From Chrysomallon squamiferum (Eukaryota > Animalia > Mollusca), in the NCBI GenBank assembly GCA_012295275.1, contig CM022671.1, positions 1,674,001 through 1,738,000 on the forward strand: a DNA stretch of 64,000 bases, given 5' to 3'. Of this stretch, positions 14,626 to 33,164 are shown piece after piece. The notes beneath the pieces are model-generated. The model was given only the letters and a program-made list of their open reading frames with translations, ran no database searches and had not been told where the DNA came from. Position 1 is the first letter of the stretch; every line of letters starts with the position of its first letter. Position numbers and translations under genes: made by a program.

Positions 14626-16787
14626 AATAAGAAGAAACAAATGCCAGACCTCAGATGTTTGGTTAAAGCTTGTTTGACTTTTCAGTAAATGGAAGTTGGA
14701 GCGTTTGGCAGAAGATTAACTTTCCCGAGCACTGCAGCGTCACCTGTGGTCTGGGGATTATCAAAATGTATTACAGCAGAAAATGCGATAATCCAGCCCC
14801 GGCAAACGGAGGCAGAATTTGCCGAGGAAACCATTTAAAAAGACGAGCAGTGTCCTGTCGCAAGGGGCGCTGTGACGGTAACAGCAGTCTTTGCTTTCAG
14901 TTCATTTTTATTCATTGATAGACTGATTTTTTTTTTTTTTTTTTTTTTTATTCTTTAAGATAATATTTGATATTTTTTTTTTTTTTTCCATTGTACCACA
15001 TCTGCTCAATTAAGTTTAATGATTAGAGTTTATGACTTCTGGGTGATAGTTCCTGAGATCAATTTTTTTTTTTTTTTTTTTTTTTTCCATTGTACCACAT
15101 TCGAGCTCTGATTTCGTTTATCACAATAGTATGGAAAGATTCCAATAGAAAAAAAAAATGTTTCTGTCAGTCATTCCGACACTGCGGATTTCCTATCTCG
15201 CTTTGTCATTGTGCAAAACAAATACATTTATTAGCTAATAGTCAGTCGTTAAATCAAATTTTTTTTTATTTTTTTTTTTTTTTATTTATAAAACCATATT
15301 TAATGATATTGTTGATACTGAATGTTTATAAAATTATTTTTTTTACTTAAAGACTTCCCTTAATTCGTTTTAATACTAGTAGTCGCAGTAGCAGTAGTAC
15401 TAGTAATAACAATAGTAGCACTGGCAGTATCAGTAGTAGAGATAGTGGTACTAGAAGGTGCACAGTAATAACAATAGTAGCACTGGCAGTATCAGTAGTA
15501 GAGATAGTGGTACTAGAAGGTGCACAGTAATAACAATAGTAGCACTGGCAGTATCAGTAGAGAATAACAAGGTGCACAGTAATAACAATAGTAGCACTGG
15601 CAGTATCAGTAGTGGTACAGAAGGTGCACAGGCACTGGCATCAGTAGTAGAGATAGTGGTACTAGAAGGTGCACAGTAATAACAATAGTAGCACTGGCAG
15701 TATCAGTAGTAGAGATAGTGGTACTAGAAGGTGCACAGTAATAACAATAGTAGCACTGGCAGTATCAGTAGTAGAGATAGTAGTAGCACTGGCACAGTAG
15801 TAGAGATAGTGGTACTAGAAGGTGCACAGTAATAACAATAGTAGCACTGGCAGTATCAGTAGTAGAGATAGTGGTACTAGAAGGTGCACAGTAATAACAA
15901 TAGTAGCACTGGCAGTATCAGTAGTAGAGATAGTGGTACTAGAAGGTGCACAGTAATAACAATAGTAGCACTGGCAGTATCAGTAGTAGAGATAGTGGTA
16001 CTAGAAGGTAGTAGCGGTAGATAGTAATAACAATAGTAGCACTGGCAGTGGTACTAGAAGGTGCACAGTAATAACAACAGCACTAGCAGTATCAGTAGTA
16101 GAGATAGGGTACTAGAGGTGCATCAGTAGTAGAGATCAGTAGTAGAGGTGGTACTAGAAGGTGCACAGTAATAACAACAGTAGCACTGGCAGTATCAGTA
16201 GTAGGATAGTGGTACTAGAAGGTGCACAGTAATAACAACAGTAGCACTGGCAGTATCAGTAATAAGAACAATAACAACAGTAGCACTGGCAGTATCAGTA
16301 GTAGAGATAGTGGTACTAGAAGGTGCACAGTAATAACAACAGTAGCACTGGCAGTATCAGTAGTAGAGATAGTGGTACTAGAAGGTGCACAGTAACTGGC
16401 ACATCAACAATAATGGTGGTACTAGAAGGTGCACAGTAATAACAACAGTAGCACTGGCAGTATCAGTAGTAGAGATAGTGGTACTAGAAGGTGCACAGTA
16501 ATAACAATAGTAGTAGTGGAAGTAGTAAGTTGTGGTTACTTCAGTGTTTATTATTACTTTATTATCTGTTTTACATATTTATGTATTTATTTTATTTATT
16601 TCATTTTTTAGTAATTATTATCATTATTTCTTGCAGGCAGTTGTTGATTTTTTTATTCTTTCTTTCATTTATTTATTTATTTACTTACTTATCTATTTAT
16701 TTATTTATTTACTTATTTTTTTATTTATTTTATATTTATTTATTTACTTATTTATTTTTTTATTTATTTATTAACTTATTTATTTAC

Positions 16788-16858
<71 letters not shown>

Positions 16859-18306
16859 CTTATTTATATATTTACTTATTTATTTATTTATTTATTGTAT
16901 GGCTGTTCAGTGATACTGTATTTATTACGCTCACAGTTTTGCTTCTGTTATTATTCTTTCCTTTTCTCTCGCTCATTCTTCTCGTCACTTTCGCAGAATC
17001 GTTGGTGAGAGGGGCGTGGTCTCGGTGGAGCGAATGGAGACAGATAGAAATAGATGACTGCACCGTGACGTGTGGGTTTGGAGTCATTCACTTAGGGAGA
17101 GAACGAAACTGCACAGACCCCAGTCAGCGAGGCACGGGGTGTTCTGGGCAGAGTAACGAAACATCTGTAGATCTGTGTCTGACAGGGATCGCTTGTAGTG
17201 GTAATTCAGTCTTTACTTCGTTGTTTTACTTGTTGATACTGGTAATATTTAACTACAGATTATCGTATAACAAATCGCTTGTAGTGGTAATTCAGTCTTT
17301 ACGTCGTTGCTTTACTTGTTGATACTGGTAATATTTAACTACAGATTATCGTATGACAAACTTTCCGAATATTGGCATCTGTAAATCTTTAGCACTCTGT
17401 TATTGCTGTCATTTACGAATATATATATATATATATATGTGTGTGTGTATATATATATGAATATGACGCTTATGGTGCCATCCTTCTAAACGGTTATTGA
17501 TCCGGTGACAGTCTCCGCAGAAGTAGTCCAACATTTCTGGAGTCCAAGGTCCTTCTGTCCAGGTGTTAGTGACGTAGTCTATCAATAACGTTTACCTTTT
17601 AATCATGGGGACTGTTTGCAACTGTGTTTGCCCAAACCTCTTCAACTTTAACCTGCGGAACCATCGAAAGGGTGAAGCATGCCTTACCACCTTCGTACAT
17701 CATCGTTTTCAATATAATCTGATGCTACTCCTATTTTACATGTACGGCGCCAAATATACTTAAAATGGAACAAAAATAAAAAATAAAAAATAAAATATCA
17801 GTCGTGTGGTGCGTTCAGCGTTGTGAGCAGATGTCTCAAAGTCCATCTGAAACGTCCTCGGAGAGAAATGAACGCCTAGGTCATGACAAGTCTCTCGGTT
17901 GTATTGAAAAGTACGTACCTATGTGATTTCTGTGCGGCTGGGGAGAAAAGAATAAGTAAAGGGACACGTATGTATTTCTGATTCGGCATGGCTGGTACAT
18001 AACTGATCAAAAAGCTTGAGGAAAATACCACATCCTCCTCACATAAAAACTCGAGGTTTTTATCAGTCGCGAAAAAACAATATCGGCTCTTGACCTTCAG
18101 CTCGGCGCAGGAAAGGATCCCCTACATAAGTGCTCAACTACTTCCCCAAACAGCAGTCCTAGAACATGAAACACACGTAAACCAGTTAGTTCCTTCTGCT
18201 TGCCGGGACATGGAATAATTCGGCAAACCGTGAGTGCACAAACAAAATAGGATTTTCTACGTGTCGGGTTGACACCTGTATATTGCCTACACACACACAC
18301 ACACAC

Positions 18307-18368
<62 letters not shown>

Positions 18369-19183
18369 ACACACTCGCTCTCCTAAAGGAAGTTTGTTTA
18401 CGAGTCTAGTTTTTGCAGATTAACATTAATATTGCAGTGGATGGACGATGGTCGTATTGGACAGAGGTGTATACCACGGTGTGTTTGAACAACTGTCAAA
18501 AGATAACGTACTTTGTAAGATCTTGTTCAAATCCAGCGCCGGCTGGCAAAGGACTGCCGTGTTCTGGAATCAGACTACGCATGACATCCGAAAAATGCAC
18601 TTCGTGTAGTAAGTGTGCAAATCACTTTATTATTATTATTATTATTATTAGATCAGAAATATTTCTCACTAAAGCTTCGTCTTTTTTCTGTGCGTGGCAA
18701 TCTGCATGAGAGTGTATCTGTTTGTCACTGCGTCTGTATCCGTGTGTGTCTCTGTGCGTATCTGTACGTACAACTGTGTGTATGTGTGTCTGTATGTGTG
18801 ATGTGTACAGAAGATCTCAGATGTAACACAGAACAAAGGGTGACACGGCGTCCGAAGTACACGTACATAAAACTGTAAACGTATTAAAATGATGATAATT
18901 ATTTCCAAAATTATAGCACAGTAAATTTATTCATTGAAATATCATAATGTCAAACATTTAATAGTTTACTAATTTTAATATTTTTAGTTTATTAGGGGTT
19001 AATTATTCTGTTGTCACAGTGACTGAATTAGGGGTCACTTTTCTGAGTAGGGACCCTGTGCCACTCCCACTCAGAGGCACAGACAGACAGACAGATATAT
19101 ATATATATATATATATATTATAATTTAATTTCAGATAAATCAATTGTAAAAACAAAACAAACTGATGAGGACCCCCTTCAAGG

Positions 19184-19250
<67 letters not shown>

Positions 19251-19920
19251 ATATGTTTGTTTTTATTTATGTATTTACTTATTTATATATTGTTATTTAT
19301 TTTATTTTTTTTTTTTTTTTTTTTTATTTATATTCTTTTTATTTTATTTGTTTTTAAGATAATTTTTTTTTTATACCTATTATTATTTCTTTTCAGACCC
19401 AAACTTTACTCTAATAATAATTACTGGTATTTTATTCATTGGAACGATAGCTATGATTGCTCTCATAGTTACAAGGTAATTTACCTATTTACAGAAACTA
19501 ATTCTTCAAGAGAACTCACTGGCCGTCACAAGTTTGAATAAACAATTGTGTCATACACATCAATAAGTTTATTACAAAACGAAAACATACAACCTTTCTG
19601 TTTTTGTTGCTTTTACAAAACACAGCAAGCAGATATATAAATGTTGTATATGGATGTGGATGTGTTTGTATATGCATGCATATCGTGTGTTTTTTACTGT
19701 TGTATGTGTGTTTGTGTATGTGTATATATGTCTTCTCGAACTTGTAGATGAATGTGTGTGGTGGGTGGTGGCGTGCGTGCGTGCGTCCGTGTATATGTCC
19801 TGCAGTTATGATGACCAGTGGCAAGATATAATGACTAGATAAAGTTCTGTATTTTCGGAGTCTTACAAACAAAATAAAGCTGTTTCGGGCGGAACAATTT
19901 TAACCTTGATACATTTCTTG

Positions 19921-19955
<35 letters not shown>

Positions 19956-20059
19956 ATACATATCGTTTTATTAATAGTATTTATTTATTTATATTGTTGT
20001 TGTTCCTATTGTTCTACGATCATCATCGTCTTCATTATTATCATTATCATCATCATTTA

Positions 20060-20098
<39 letters not shown>

Positions 20099-20263
20099 CA
20101 AAGGTTAAATGAACGCAGTAGAAAAGGACCCAGAAGAACAGTTTCTGAGAGTCGTGGAACTGGTACTGGAATAAAAAATGTCTCTGGTTCTAAGACTAGT
20201 CAGAGGAGTGGAGGGAAGCCTCGTTTAGCCATTAATAATCTGGCTTTTGAAAAAGATATATAA
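14197..20263 (+). CDS. Type-I membrane protein with three TSP1 (TSR) domains, ~310 aa (TSR-TM gene 2)
   Basis: Exons 14197-14275 (signal peptide), 14686-14877 (WSVW..CSVTCGLG..RKCDNPAPANGG), 16997-17200 (WSRWSEW..CTVTCGFG), 18438-18608 (WSYW..RSCSNPAP), 19135-19182 (stalk), 19397-19475 (TM: FTLIIITGILFIGTIAMIALIV), 20104-20263 (basic tail ending AINNLAFEKDI*). All GT-AG; TSR exons are phase 1-1; 933 nt. Confidence 0.88.
14385..14622. repeat. (AAC)n/(AAT)n microsatellite
   Basis: Directly visible; intron 1 of TSR-TM gene 2. Confidence 0.95.
15400..16515 (+). repeat. 62-bp minisatellite in intron 2 of TSR-TM gene 2
   Basis: Unit AGTAATAACAATAGTAGCACTGGCAGTATCAGTAGTAGAGATAGTGGTACTAGAAGGTGCAC; about 18 copy-equivalents, some truncated. 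Confidence 0.95.
17188..17359 (+). repeat. 86-bp tandem duplication containing an exon end and 5' splice site
   Basis: ATCGCTTGTAGTG|GTAATTCAGTC..GATTATCGTA occurs at 17188 and 17274. Confidence 0.9.
17470..18130 (-). mobile_element. Fossil MULE (Mutator-like) transposase in intron 3 of TSR-TM gene 2
   Basis: Stop- and frameshift-interrupted translation: KLFDQLCTSH..PFTYSFLP..PRTFQMDFETSAHNA and DYVTNTW..P..RINNRLEGWHHK, matching MULE motifs (LFxQLYxIH, DFE, TNN.LEGWH). Confidence 0.75.
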
Positions 20264-22704
20264 ATCAAGAAATAAATGATTTTCAAGTGGACGTCTAGCG
20301 TTTAAAAACGTTCGCATCCATATAAAGAACAAATATCCATATTGTACACAATTAGGGAAAAGAAACAAATGAATTAAACATAGAATGGTGGATTTTTATG
20401 ACTTAATCCATTATTGTGAAAAATGCACAAGAAAACTTTTTAAAATTAGAACCTTAAATTCTTGCATGATAAACGTACACAATAAAATTGAGATACCTGA
20501 TAAACGGATTTTCGTTATTAATGTAATGTTGCGTTTGAAATGTACTGAAGAAACAAAATAATTAAACGGGATGCCAATATTGTCAAGTGTCATTTTAACA
20601 CGAGGTACAAGCCAGAGCTTCAATCTATTGTTCTCTGTAAATCAGTGTTACATTGTTCTTTTCCTTGACTCCTTATCTTTGCTATTTTTCAAAAATATAT
20701 TCCAAGGGTAAAAAAAAAATAAAAGCTAGATCTACATTCATTTACCTCGATTATTATTTTGTTATTTTACTTTTTATTCTTTTAGACCTGTTACGATAAT
20801 TTTATCGAGCATTTCCATCGACTTAATAAAATGTTGTAAAACTGGTATGCGTTTGTTATTTTTAATTTTATTTATAATTATAAGCGACCACAAAGACATG
20901 AATCAGCTGACAGACTGAGGCGTGTATGGGTGTGTCATACTCATCCTGTACCACCCACACTTAGCGCGTCCCATTCAGCAACACGTGTACTGCGTTTGGG
21001 AATCCAGTGCCTGCTTCCAAGTTAAAATAATCACATCGTGTTACTTATTTCCTTTAAACGAGGTGACTACTGTGTTTGTGTTTTCTCCTGAACACCTATC
21101 ATTTAACAGTTTTAAAACATCGGATTAAAATTATAATTTAAATGAATATATATATATGTATGTATGTGTGTGTGTATATATATAACAAGAATTATAATAA
21201 TAAGGTAATAACATGAAGAAAAACAATAAAAATAATGATGATGATAATATAAAAAAATAATAACAATAACAACAACAACAACAATAATAATTATAATAAT
21301 AATAATATGTTGTTGCTGTTGCTGTCATTTTGGAAAATGATCAGCATCATTTTTGTGTTGCTGATACAAAGGCCAGCTGTTGCTGTTAGTTACTGAAAAA
21401 TGATCAGCATCATTCCACTGTTACTAGAGAGAAAATCGTGGTAAACTAGCTTACTTTAAATTCCATGTATGTCCATCAGTTAAATGTACCTGTTACACGG
21501 TAAAGCAACTTGCACTTCACAATTGATTACTTCGCTCGACTGATGTGAAGGAAACTGGTTCGATTGACAAATGTCAAGTGAGAAGCTGACTAATGCAATG
21601 TAATATAATAATTGATTGCTGATAACAAACACTAATAAAAATAATCAATTCTGTAACTGGAGACATTCTGGTAGAGGATTTTTCTGTAAAATTATTTCAT
21701 CTCGGCTGCTGTAAATTAGTCTTTAATCACATTACAAACATATTAAAATTAAACGTAGTAAATTAGTTTGATACCTATACATGCAATAGCTAAGTTCAGT
21801 GTATTGCGTAATAATCCCGTTCCAGTCGGCTACTCTGTTATAGCGAGAACGTCGAGTGCCTCTTTCTCATATCTTGGAACTGTGGCGTGCAGAGTGGGAG
21901 GGGGGCAAATGGGGTGTGGCCCTGGCACCAAATGGGGGGGGGACATCCAATCAGAGAAAAGAATTGAATAAATTTGGTTGATTTATATTTAAATCGAATG
22001 AAGTGTTTATTTTATGTTTCATCTGTGTTTACGTATTGAAAATATCTTCCTCTCTCATAATGTTTCTCGACACTAGGCCTTATACTTGAGTCTTTGGGGC
22101 ACACAGTCAAGGCGTTGGACCTGGATATCACCAGACCTCTGCAAATCACTGTCTTTGAACGATATTATTTTATTATTGATTTCATAGATTTGAATGTAGG
22201 TTACATAAAATCTGAATAAAAAATAATATTTAAGCTGATTAATGTCAAGGCTATGTCAAAAATTCGAGTATTGGTAAAAAAAAAAAAAAAATAATAATAA
22301 TAATAATAATAATAAAAGACAAAAACGAAACAACAATAATACCTTCTCCAAAACTGATTTTATTTATTCTTCCTTCCGACGAAAACGATCAGAATTTACA
22401 TTGTCATTCTGAAACGTTAATAAGTCTTTTTTTTTCTTAACAAAATAATGCCAATAAGCACATTGTACGCTTCTATATAAATTATGTAAACACACTTCAA
22501 AAATGTTACACTATTATTCTTTATTTAAAAAAAAAAAAAAAAATGTAATTAAAAATGTGATCCATGTAAGAAGAGATTGCAAAATACCGCACGTTTATTT
22601 TTAAAACACTAGTCCGCTGTTACGTGTTAGAGTTAGTCCAGCAAGAAATACAAAGTCCATTTCTGAAGTCCGTTTGTTAGGAAACAAAAAAAACAACATC
22701 TTAA

Positions 22705-23824
22705 TTAGTCCATTTTTTTAAACCATCTCTTGCAGACAACATCTTCACACTCGGTTGTCTAAAGAAGAAAACAGAAGAAACATTTGTACTTTCAGAAATA
22801 CACTGATACAACGTATTGGTTGTTTTAGGACACCAAGGTCCTTTCAAAACATCGTCAGATTTAAGTACTGAGTGAATCTATGTAAAGTTTCTGTGTCCTG
22901 ATACTGAGTTGAAGAGAAAAACTCTTTGCGAGATTCTAATAATTTGTTTTAATAATCTCTATTTTTGTCAAAGAGATGTCGTCAGTAACAAACTAACCAA
23001 ACACTGAAAGTGCACAAAATGTTACAGTTTGTTTTTACACCAAATATACCATTTTTATTTTATTTTTTTATAGTTAGAATAAAAATAAATACCGGAAATA
23101 TATAAAAAAATAAAAATAAAAAAAATAAAAAAGTATTTTGTTTTCATCGACTGGCAAGGAAAAACTTTGTTTTTAAAATTAACCAAATTAATAATAACAA
23201 ATTACGTAATGTTATATATTATTATATTATTATTATTATTATTATTATTTATTATTCTCGAAATCTAATGACTTCTGAAACTACTACATTAAAAACACTT
23301 TTAAAGGTATTTTTCGTTCTACTGTAAATATTACATTATCACTGATACATCTGTCATTTTTATTTCAGATGCTTTAATATTAAATAATCTTTTCACAGTT
23401 CGAAAATAAAATTTATATCTTTTCTTTAATATTAGTAATTTTTAAATCAAATGCAATATTTAAAACTGAAATAAAAATAAACGTATTTAAAAACTACTTA
23501 CCGTTACCATTTCACCGTTGATAATTTCTCGTATAACAATAGGACATTTAATATTTGAATCACCAATAGGTGTTTGGGTCTTTATCAGTTTTCCGTCTTC
23601 GTATTTACAAACTGCCTGTAACGAAAAGCAAACAAAAACTAACTAGCATACACCCGCGAATAAATGATTATTTGCTTTATTTGTTTAATTAACTTAAGAA
23701 AATTATGAGATATTGTCCGGTCTAAGATGCAAACAACTTTTGAAAGAAGCAACCTGGCGTACAACGTAACATAAAATATCGAAACACACACATACCAAGA
23801 CAGACATACTTATAAAGTGAGTAT

Positions 23825-23877
<53 letters not shown>

Positions 23878-25690
23878 TAGACACAGAAAGCGACAGACTG
23901 AAAGACAGAAAGACAGAAAGGGAGAAATAACAAAGGTGACAGAATTAAATTTGTGTATCAAAAAGAAAATCTTTGTAGATTCTGAATCTAAACATCTAGC
24001 AGACGAGGCTACTATTTTCAAAAGTTTAAATCTTCCTCGAGCTAACAACCTATCCCAGAATCCAGTGCTTGATTTCAACGACAGATTTTACCTTCTGCCT
24101 GATTCCGTTCTCCTCGTGTTCGTACTCTTCGTTCAGCTTCACGAATTCCTCTCTGCTCCAGAACGACGTGCTTGTCTTTATGTTCATCGTTTTGTCTTCA
24201 TCGTTCACGGTTATCGTCTGCAGAGGTCGGCTGGCCACCGCCATTTTTCTTACAACGAAATTTGTGCCTGAAAAGAGACAAGTAACAGCACATTGGTGTA
24301 AAAGGCATAGGAAGAATTCGCCTGTGTGTCTGTGATGTAAGTTTTAAAACAACAACATGCAGTTCATTTTGCAAGAGACTTAGATCGAGTGTCCGGACTG
24401 CGTCCGTTCAGCTCTTTTATTTTCATACGTATAACGGACTTTAAAAACAAATTACACCATATAGTTAATTACTGAACTGAAAGGCCTTTCTAGCTGTTTT
24501 TGTAGCAACAACCCAGGCTTTGGGGTTGTTTTTTTTTTTTTTTTTTGGCAGGGCATTCATGACTTTGTTAGAAGGAAGTTTTACTTGACAAAATCAGTCT
24601 GTCTATTTACGTGGGGAGCCCTTGTATGCGAGGACAGGCTGGAAGCGACTGGTTCAAATGGCTTACAGACAGTTTTGGTGTTGCCAAGTTGGACAACTGG
24701 TCATACTGAAATTGTTAATTTCTGTCTTTAAAACATCTAAACTAGGTCCAAAAAAAATCAATGCCTATTATGTGCACATTATTATCGACTTTTTAAAACA
24801 AAAATGTTTACCCAATACTAATTTACAAACTTTTTTTTATCCTGTGTACTATTTAGATCAGTTGTGTCCCTTAATTTGAAGAAAGTTACTATTTAATGAA
24901 TTAACCTTTAAATGTATCTGCGTCATAGTAATCAAAATAAAAGGCTATTTTTATGTATGACTTAATAGAACTATATTGGATTTATGGGACATCTGTACTG
25001 ATATTTTACAGCAGTTCTGGAGAAGGGAAGTAGATATGCGACAAAATGAAATGACTCAGCTCAGAGAGAGAGAGAGAGAGAGAGAGAGAACGTGAGGGTT
25101 ACATGGGAAATGGTTTCCTGCGTTGTGCTCGCCCTTCTCTGTCACAGATATTAAGAAATAAGTGTGATTACCGACACACTTTTATAATTCCGTTCTATTC
25201 AATGTGCTATCTCAGAACACTGTTTAAAATCCGAAGATCTGACAGGAATGTTTCGATAATTATTAAAGCAAATTGTTCTGAGCGACGTATCTGCGTACGT
25301 GACTAAACTAAACATTTGATTTTCTATTATCTCTAATTCATTCAGCGTGAAAACTTCAAATTCACACGACACATAGAAATTGTACAGTTTCCTGTTATTA
25401 TTAATCGGCTCTCTACATTCCAGTTTGCACTCTTTTAAATTAAAAAATATACTTATTGAAAGAAATGAAATCTGTAATTTCTAGAACCCTAACAGTACCT
25501 CCGAACAGCTCAACGACCTTGATCTTTTCGAAGATGCAGGCCAGACGAGAGCGGAGCTCGAGAAAACGAACGAATATTAAACATGTTAAAAATGTTGTTT
25601 CAACTCACCCACGGCTTTGAGAAATTCGTCAAGTTTATCTGCTCGGTCCAGTTTCCACGTTCCTCCAAATTTCTCTCTAATCTCCTCCAT
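22705..25690 (-). CDS. Fatty acid-binding protein / intracellular lipid-binding protein (FABP-A), 141 aa
   Basis: Exons 25690-25609 (MEEIREKFGGTWKLDRADKLDEFLKAVG), 24267-24092, 23615-23502 (..YEDGKL..IREIINGEMVT), 22758-22705 (TTECEDVVCKRWFKKMD*). G-x-W motif and canonical 4-exon iLBP layout (phases 1,0,0). Confidence 0.93.
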
Positions 25691-26143
25691 CGCGGTGTTG
25701 TTGACAATCTGACGCAAATATTACAGGAATAGTAATTTCCTTTCAGTACTATTGAGTTGCTTCAAGTATCAACACTGGATGATTGTTTTAACTGTAATTT
25801 TAATTTATCCAGCTGTTTAGAATGCGTATACTTATGTTTTACTTTTTTTTGACTTCACAAGGACGGAGAAATCATGTGTGTACCCCGTTTAAAGGAGGAG
25901 CTAACAATGTCAATCAATAATAAAGGGCAGCAAAGATACGTTGTATTGTGGGCGTTGTTCGCCTATTAATATCTTTATAGGCATTGACTTTAATTTGTAA
26001 GAAGCAAAGTAATAAAATAATTGTATTAAAATTAGCTACTATTATTTATTTATTTACTTATTTATTTATTTATATTTCAGTAAAACAAAATTAGTGAATC
26101 GATTAGTGAATAATTATTTTTACAGCATCACTGATTACAGAAT

Positions 26144-26206
<63 letters not shown>

Positions 26207-26570
26207 GAAACAAATACTTTTATACTGAACAAATAAAATATTAAATTATAAATATCTTCTTGTAAATAAAAAGTAAACATTTACATATTCACGTAGCTTT
26301 ATGAGCTTACAGCACACTGGCTGAGCAGATTCCAGATACTTGATTGGCCAGAGGACCAGTTCTACTTGATTCTCTTGTTACTCAGCCACTGCTGAACGAC
26401 TGGTTTATCTAATATGTAATTTCTTGACGATGCGATACGTAGATAAAGATCCATTACTGGTATAGGACAAAGATTGTTCATGTTGTCTGCGTGTGTTTCT
26501 CTGTGTGTATGTATCTGTGTGAATGTGTGTGTATGTATCTGTGTGAATGTGTGTGTATGTATCTGTGTGA

Positions 26571-26602
<32 letters not shown>

Positions 26603-28238
26603 TTGTTCCCTCAGTTTATTCAGTTTATTTTTTTGTAAGTTATATTTTATATTGTTAACTTGACAGATTCAGGACAACGTCACCGTTAATTTTATGACGT
26701 GGTTCTGTTAGAATCTACTTGATGTTATTATTACATAAAGAAACTGTATGTTTACGTATATTATAATTAAATCCGTTCATTCAATTTCATTTGCCAGTCT
26801 CACAGCCTCAGTTTTATAATGAGGTTCTGTTTAAAAAGACAAAATTCTACTTTGTACAGATACAAAATATCACCAATACTTAGTATTATTCTGCGAAATA
26901 GAGCAATTTCATTGCATGTACGTTGTTTGGAGAGGGTTTTTTTTGTTGTTGTTTTTTTGGGGGGTTTGGCGGGTTGAACCATTTTCAAATATATATATAT
27001 ACTAAATTTTGTTACATACATTTCAGTTTTATTTGCTAAATCTATCAGTGTACATGTTATTATTATTGGTGTTGTCATTTTTAAAAATAATTATGGCATA
27101 AATTATTACAATGATTAAAAACGAGCACTTAAAACTGTTGATTATACAAAATACACGGCTTGAACAGTTCTTGAAATGTCGAATTATTTCCGTGTAAAAA
27201 TCTCAGAAAACAACGCAAGACTGTCTACGTCTGTTAAGTATGTTTATTATTATATGTGGAAGAGAACACAGAATCTGTTTAATGCCATTAGAAGAATGAG
27301 AAACCTTTACATCGTCACTGTCAGTTTGTTTTACAATCAAAGCGATATTTATACAACAACCATTGATATTTTAATTTTTTTACACACACGCACGAGCTGC
27401 CACATACATATAAACATACCTACCTACCTACCTAAATACACACACATACATACGTACATACACATACTCACACACACACACATGTCAAATGAACATAGTA
27501 AGTACAGGTAACAGTTTGTTATAAAAGCATCTAAAAAGATTGAAGTTGTTATATCTGTAATAAAGTTGCAGTTTTATTCATTCAGCAAAATTATTAGAAG
27601 TATTTCTAGATATTCGTGTTACAACACGATCTGTCATACTCGCCGAGAAATCGAAAAAAAAAATGGCCGATGTTTTATTTAAACTTTACTGGTGACGATT
27701 CGAAAAATGCCTAAGTACATTACATATACTATCCATAACTGTCTGGCTTTTTTGCTGTTGTTATTTTTTTATTTTTTTTTATTTATTTATTTATTTATTT
27801 ATTTTTTTTTTGTAATAAACTACAACAATAAACCAGCCTGTTCGTGAGATGAATAGTATTTTTCAGTTATTTGTTGTCTTTTTCTCGTTGAGAAAATGTA
27901 CAAAAATTTGTAATATAAGAGTTTTAACAGGTTTCTTCTCTTTATCGATATTGTTTTTGTTTTATCAACTTATTTGTTTCATTTTTGTTTGTTTATTTGT
28001 TTATTTGTTTTTATTGTTTTATTTTATATTATGTTTATTATTTACCAAAATAGTTTACGATGAAGAGAAAACTTTAGACTCCGTTGTCTCATGACAGTTA
28101 TTTTATTGTTATACTTTATTATTAGCAAATATTGAATATCAACACAAATAGCAAAAAAAAAAAAAAAATAAAATATAAACATTAATCGGAAGAGACAAAA
28201 AATATATTTAAGCAAAGATACTTTAAAATCAGTGAGTA

Positions 28239-31812
<3,574 letters not shown>

Positions 31813-32623
31813 TGAGTTTCCAAAGTCTCCCGACTTAAGTTTAGGATCGTCGATGTATTATTGTTGAAGTCGCTTCTGAACACACACAACTTGCATGTAT
31901 CAGGTAAAATCCGTATTACACAACTCGAGTAGATGTACGGTACAAATCTGTATTATCAGCTGTTTCTTTAAAAAAAAGCTGAGTTATTGAGGATCTTAAA
32001 CTATTACTTAACACACCCTTCTATCAGAAGATGTACGGTAAATTCTGGATCATTAACTGTTAGTTAACACACAGTGACCTCCTAGTTTTACGATAGATGC
32101 GCGTATTTCTCTGTTCCTGAAAAAAGCAACTCAAATCTCAGTTGCAGTGGGAACATTCAACTGTCAAGCTAAGCATAAATGACAGCTGAATTCACAGTCA
32201 AACTGACTACGTGCTGTATAGCTGCTAAATAGTCATCTTCGGGTGATGACGTTCAAGGTTGACAGCGAAGTGTATTACTACGCGGTTCGTCTGCTACCAC
32301 ATAACCCGGTTATAAGCGGAGACGGAGATTGCGTGAAATAATCTCTCGATAACTGAATTAGTCGCTTTTAAATGTCACGCGGGACAGATTGTTCACTGAC
32401 AAAACGATGACTGTTGTTTAAACTTCATTGTGAGACAGAACCATTAGGAATAGGACGGGATCCAGAGTGAAGCATTATACATGTACTTCACTTATAAATA
32501 CTTCTCATCATCACCATCATCATCATCATCATCATCATTAGTAATAGTATTTATTTATTTATTGATATACAGGGAGTAGTATAAAACGGTATATTTCAGT
32601 GATATTTGATTAGATGGTGATAA

Positions 32624-32655
<32 letters not shown>

Positions 32656-33040
32656 TAATAATAATAATAATTTAATACCTTATATTAATAAACCACCCCC
32701 CAGAAAATAATAAAATTCAAAAAATAAAAATAACAAAATAACTATAACAAAAATTTAAATCAGTTTAAAAACAATAATAATAATTTTAAAAAATAAAAAT
32801 AAAAATACTTAAAAGGCGTATCCTTGAGATGGGTGACGCCCTACCACGCTCAACTTACGATTAATCTCGTAAAAAAAAAAAAAAAAACTATTTAACTGTA
32901 ACAGTGACAATACAGAATCCATGAGAGTAGATCTTTTTTATACTTCGGGGTTTTTCAATTGCTGAATTAAAATATACGCGTTTTAATGCGTATATTGAAT
33001 GTTGACAGTTAAATATGTGGTCAGTATACACACAAATAAG

Positions 33041-33164
<124 letters not shown>

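Noticed and set aside
15400-16515. CRISPR-like array or repetitive protein
   Set aside because: Head-to-tail units with no unique spacers, stops in the frames, eukaryotic intron, no cas genes.
21880-21950. hAT-like terminus (GTGGCGTGCAGAGT, also near 54178)
   Set aside because: No matching opposite end or 8-bp target-site duplication found.
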